A DNA stretch of 63,812 nt, the filler included, from NCBI GenBank assembly GCA_964501035.1. It is 4 parts of 4 records of this genome, joined end to end, with 100 filler letters (N's around TTAATTAATTAA, not from the genome) between each part and the next. Parts side by side here need not be neighbours in the genome. Positions count along the whole stretch, not along the records: positions 52,889 to 63,812 come from CAZCRK010000055.1; 3 more parts are not named here. One strand, written 5' to 3'. This document shows positions 62,201 through 63,812 of this stretch, piece by piece. The notes beneath the pieces are model-generated. The model was not told the origin of the DNA. It ran no database searches and worked only from the letters and a program-made list of their open reading frames with translations. Position 1 is the first letter of the stretch; each line of letters starts with the position of its first letter. Both the position numbers and the translations under genes were made by a program.

Positions 62201-63812
62201 TGTGATGATGGAGGTGGAAATGGTGGTGGAGATGGCGATATTGGAACGGCATGTGAAGGTTGTGAAGGAGAATCTTGTATTTACGATTGTGAAATGCAAT
62301 GTGTTGATGAAAACACAGCATTATCATGGATTGGTGATGGGTACTGTGATGATGGAACATGGGGTATTTACCTAGATTGTGCTGAGTTTGAATTTGATTA
62401 TGGTGACTGTGATGGTGAAGTGGAGCATCAAGATCATAAAGAAATATATGTTGTCAATCAAGAAGAACCTGTACGGTTAAATGGGTTCTCAATTTATCGT
62501 GATAATATTCAAATTGCTGAAGTTGCACCTGAAGTAACGGAGTATGATGATGCCACAGTAGAATTTAGTACGGAATATTGTTACAAGGTGAAAGCATTGT
62601 ATGATGATGGTGAATCGAATCCTACCAATACAGAATGTGCTTCATTAACAGACCCCGCAGATTTCTCCATTGTACAAATGGGATCTGGTGGAGTTGAATC
62701 AGCTGGTGTCATATCTATATCAATTGATTTGGAAAATCAGTTTGAAGTTGCAGGATTCCAGTTTAACATTTCTGATACTCCAAATTTACTCACAACTATT
62801 GAGGTAAATACAACTGAGCGAACAGATGATTTTACTGTGGAATACAATGAACAACCCGATGGTTCAGTAATAGTTGTTGGTTTCAATATGATTGGTGGAG
62901 TTATTGACATTGGGTCGGGTTCAATTCTCGAATTATCATTCCAAGCATCCTCTGTTTTAGAGGTTGAGGAAGTACTATTAAGTATTTCTGAATTTTATTT
63001 AGGTGATGAATTGGGAGGGGATATACCTGCATTTGCAAATGATGGAGTTGTTACTATTTCACCTGCTGGTGCATCCACTTTATCTGTGAATACAACAGAA
63101 TTCGTTGTAGGTGAACAAGGCGAAGTTGCAATTTCTTTAACAAATGAAATTGACATTGCAGGATTCCAACTTAACTTAACTGATACACCAGATATTTTAA
63201 GTTATGTGGATGTTGCAGTAACAGAACGAACTGAAGGTTTTATGGTTACAGCAAATGAAACTGACAATGTGATTACATTGATTGGGTTTGATTTGAATGG
63301 TGGAACCATTGCACCAGGTGAAGGTCCAATTGTAACCTTTACATTTGATGCTGATTTACCAGGTGAAACAGTATTAGATTTGTCTGCAGTGATTCTATCA
63401 GACACTGAAGGTACACCTGTGGCAGTCATGTTAGAGTCTGGGACTGTGATTGTAAATGATGAAGCCCCTGCACCTGAATTGCAACATTTTACTGACTTAC
63501 CGCTTGAAACAGGTGAATCTTCTCTCATCATTATTGAGGATGTTTCTGGTTTGGAAATTGGTGATGAAATTGGTTTGTTTGATACCAATGGAATAAATAT
63601 GGATGTTACTGCTCCAGCTAGTTGTGATGAAACACCACTCGGTCCAATTTTAGTTGGTGCTGGAGTATGGACAGGTGAACAACTTGAAATAGTAGGTGTT
63701 GGAGCATTAGATCTATGTGATTTTGCAGGTCCACAGTTATCTGGTTATGTTGATGGAAATGCGGTCACATACAAAGTATGGAAAGCAAGTGAAGATGCAG
63801 AATACAATGCAG
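56219..63812 (+). CDS. Giant secreted scaffoldin-like protein (>2531 aa, runs off window): 4 cohesin-like, 11 FN3-like, 3 LNR-like Cys-rich and 2 PPC-like modules; absent from the ORF track
   Basis: GGAG RBS, ATG at 56219, signal peptide MKSIIKLTLITILSIGWMSA; frame open to the window end; GFQ cohesin-like motifs near 56354, 57026, 62750 and 63158; YCY FN3 motif 11 times; W[IL]GDG.CD three times. Confidence 0.85.
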   Translation, partial: MKSIIKLTLITILSIGWMSAQDVTLSISDVVDNTASIYIESTEDIGGFQFILDDNPNILSATGASGGLSADASFTISSNVDGLILGFSMTGDVIPAGSGNLINVSFDMDGDYTVLEIIDPIIADALGNTLETETGPPFIIGTPPDPEITLHSPTDGELIYGNTIDVSVSANYYNDGDHYHVYLDGASLGMFYSNSFSFEAEYGEHSLQVIIADASHIEYSDPASSVTITFTNDEEPPIEGIALYIGDLVLDAGNSGELDVSLTNSEDIIGGFQLKLIDWPNSGDFVNVTTTERTTQFSTSFNEQPDGSVIIVGFDMTGQGIATGEGAILSLTYESTSIYSADVELYLDENQSILSDSFGTPLEFTQVPGMITVNGETPPPLFAPENLSVVGGFQMTNLEWSHPDPTSVVGYYIFRDGDLVGDVSTTNYADVGLENEVEYCYTVSAYNDMVQSDESNSACATTEAQYFEEPQNLTATENGLEVFLDWQTPPSAIGVGDDCDLEDGSAGYIDCSGVCFATGLADSWIGDGFCDGTAADYGVNFSCPEWDCDGCDCAGLGQNSDECIEVCGSIQNNHDHGDETKEMAVGTYPVQSRDLEGYEIYRDNQLLDYTTDTEYTDSDGLSYVTEFCYNVTAVYDEGTSGFSNTACATPQLEGPFGLSAMGTGSFITLNWNPTLENDQSYFNIYRDDELLTTSTEPFYEDFDTELGVEYCYFVKAYYDGIGESPSTNTSCTSWNIYPPSDISATAGDGFVDLAWDEPVGGEEVSFQYDDGVLANAFYFFDTYELGYAHGIRFDVGTEFDILSASVKILSEGDEYWPWPDATHGPVRILIFDDNNGIPGNVLHEEEAVASDGWATIQPNINGLSGSFHVIVTHADGWADPEGFGVDGFVDFPDNMMTLNGDGNWYSGDILGYGGDYMMASQVLAYGSVGVVELNNTLPTLSASDNSATHSVHDGSLTGQHSIESHPFYINAENSRELLSFDIFRDGEFIVNIASDIFEYHDAPLTNMTEYCYTLVSNYDEGTSETSDPVCATPNPGPPASDLIATDLGGTIGLEWTNAPSLELLDYQIYRDGENIGSTTETSFIDSGDIIAGIEYCYEVRANYPSGETFPTNTACAIYVLDPPIGVMASGDNDAQNITITWSAPGTEGSGETIEDPLFVSGVPFETFGTTLGFVDDYDEECPYTGSTSPDVVYMWSATPGNYNLDICDSDYDTKIYLYDENQTNLGCVDDSCNDPAGNPFRSNLNVSITETGTYYVVVDGYGGDAGNYHLTIEEGFFISEHSDTQPLKDGSNMVEYVNPNPSIDDNILTRDLLVYRVYRDDELLAEVDTETFEYVDETSEHDIVYCYTVKAVYDDGESINSNVSCTEWILPPVTDFEAVGTNGQIELSWVSQSVNTSSFTILKDGTELAVVTDTFYNDSATTPGTEYCYSVTANYDIGDSDPSEEECTMWETLPPADVTAVGADGVVHLEWTDPPEGGTGGIGDECLTETGTPGFIDCMGLCFDAGLLGWLGDGLCDDGSWGVYFDCDEWNWDDGDCVPGVMEYNHDLNAKSYVESSHPQSPISRSLVGFDIYRDNQSIASVDANTYEYDDLDVQNLTNYCYTIVGVYEEGESEHSEEACATPIPGIAPTNLFAIGESGNINLEWVAGSLDVIEYIVYRDGVQLATTNDNIYTDTEAEHDVEYCYTVSAMYPSGESLPTNEACAMWVLAAPLSVSAVGGNGFVQLDWTEPGVSVCADEVIPSLPFTALGSNVGTGNDWLVQGSEGEDYAYLLNVSSPITITVSLCSPNTMYDTKLEIFTADQECNETSTGYYIDDFTCNDSPVSSLASTLENVSLEPGQYYIVVDGFGGGTGDFEISVTQTGLTSSTPNDIHESIALESEKSETEIPFEDWLIADGSQNINESRNLTGFDIYRDDTFITSVEPNVYSYTDLGLENGTEYCYFIIATYDEGDSQPTPEVCASPDAGPMCPPEHLTVIGENGATEIHLDWDAPDPLCDDGGGNGGGDGDIGTACEGCEGESCIYDCEMQCVDENTALSWIGDGYCDDGTWGIYLDCAEFEFDYGDCDGEVEHQDHKEIYVVNQEEPVRLNGFSIYRDNIQIAEVAPEVTEYDDATVEFSTEYCYKVKALYDDGESNPTNTECASLTDPADFSIVQMGSGGVESAGVISISIDLENQFEVAGFQFNISDTPNLLTTIEVNTTERTDDFTVEYNEQPDGSVIVVGFNMIGGVIDIGSGSILELSFQASSVLEVEEVLLSISEFYLGDELGGDIPAFANDGVVTISPAGASTLSVNTTEFVVGEQGEVAISLTNEIDIAGFQLNLTDTPDILSYVDVAVTERTEGFMVTANETDNVITLIGFDLNGGTIAPGEGPIVTFTFDADLPGETVLDLSAVILSDTEGTPVAVMLESGTVIVNDEAPAPELQHFTDLPLETGESSLIIIEDVSGLEIGDEIGLFDTNGINMDVTAPASCDETPLGPILVGAGVWTGEQLEIVGVGALDLCDFAGPQLSGYVDGNAVTYKVWKASEDAEYNA

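Noticed and set aside
56676..63588. Short ORFs listed in the track across this region
   Set aside because: Antisense or out-of-frame shadows of the long + strand ORF starting at 56219

Overview
AT-rich bacterial DNA whose gene content points to an FCB-group organism, most plausibly Marinimicrobia (inference from PNPFNP-type C-terminal sorting tails, Bacteroidetes-type sdhCAB and Cys-rich DCAGVWGG repeats). The window is four contigs joined by artificial N-TTAATTAATTAA-N linkers (17897-17996, 35440-35539, 52789-52888), plus two 100-N scaffold gaps, so adjacency across the linkers is not biological. Housekeeping content: copA, spoVG, crcB, sdhCAB, tonB-exbDDB, an S41 protease, VKOR-DsbA, truA, htrA, purB-purC-psd-pssA-purS-purQ and lexA. 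Two large ORFs are missing from the ORF track because they run off the window edges: an integron integrase (<1-609, minus) with an apparently empty cassette platform, and a >2500-aa secreted protein (56219->63812). The main signal is a candidate cellulosome-like proteolytic cohesin-dockerin system. Six proteins carry tandem dockerin-type Ca-binding repeats: an M6 protease, two M14 carboxypeptidases, a peptidylarginine/agmatine deiminase, an unknown protein and a beta-helix protein. The giant ORF has four cohesin-like modules plus 11 FN3-like modules and is preceded by a lipoprotein with a single cohesin-like module. All domain calls are by-eye motif recognition, not database hits.
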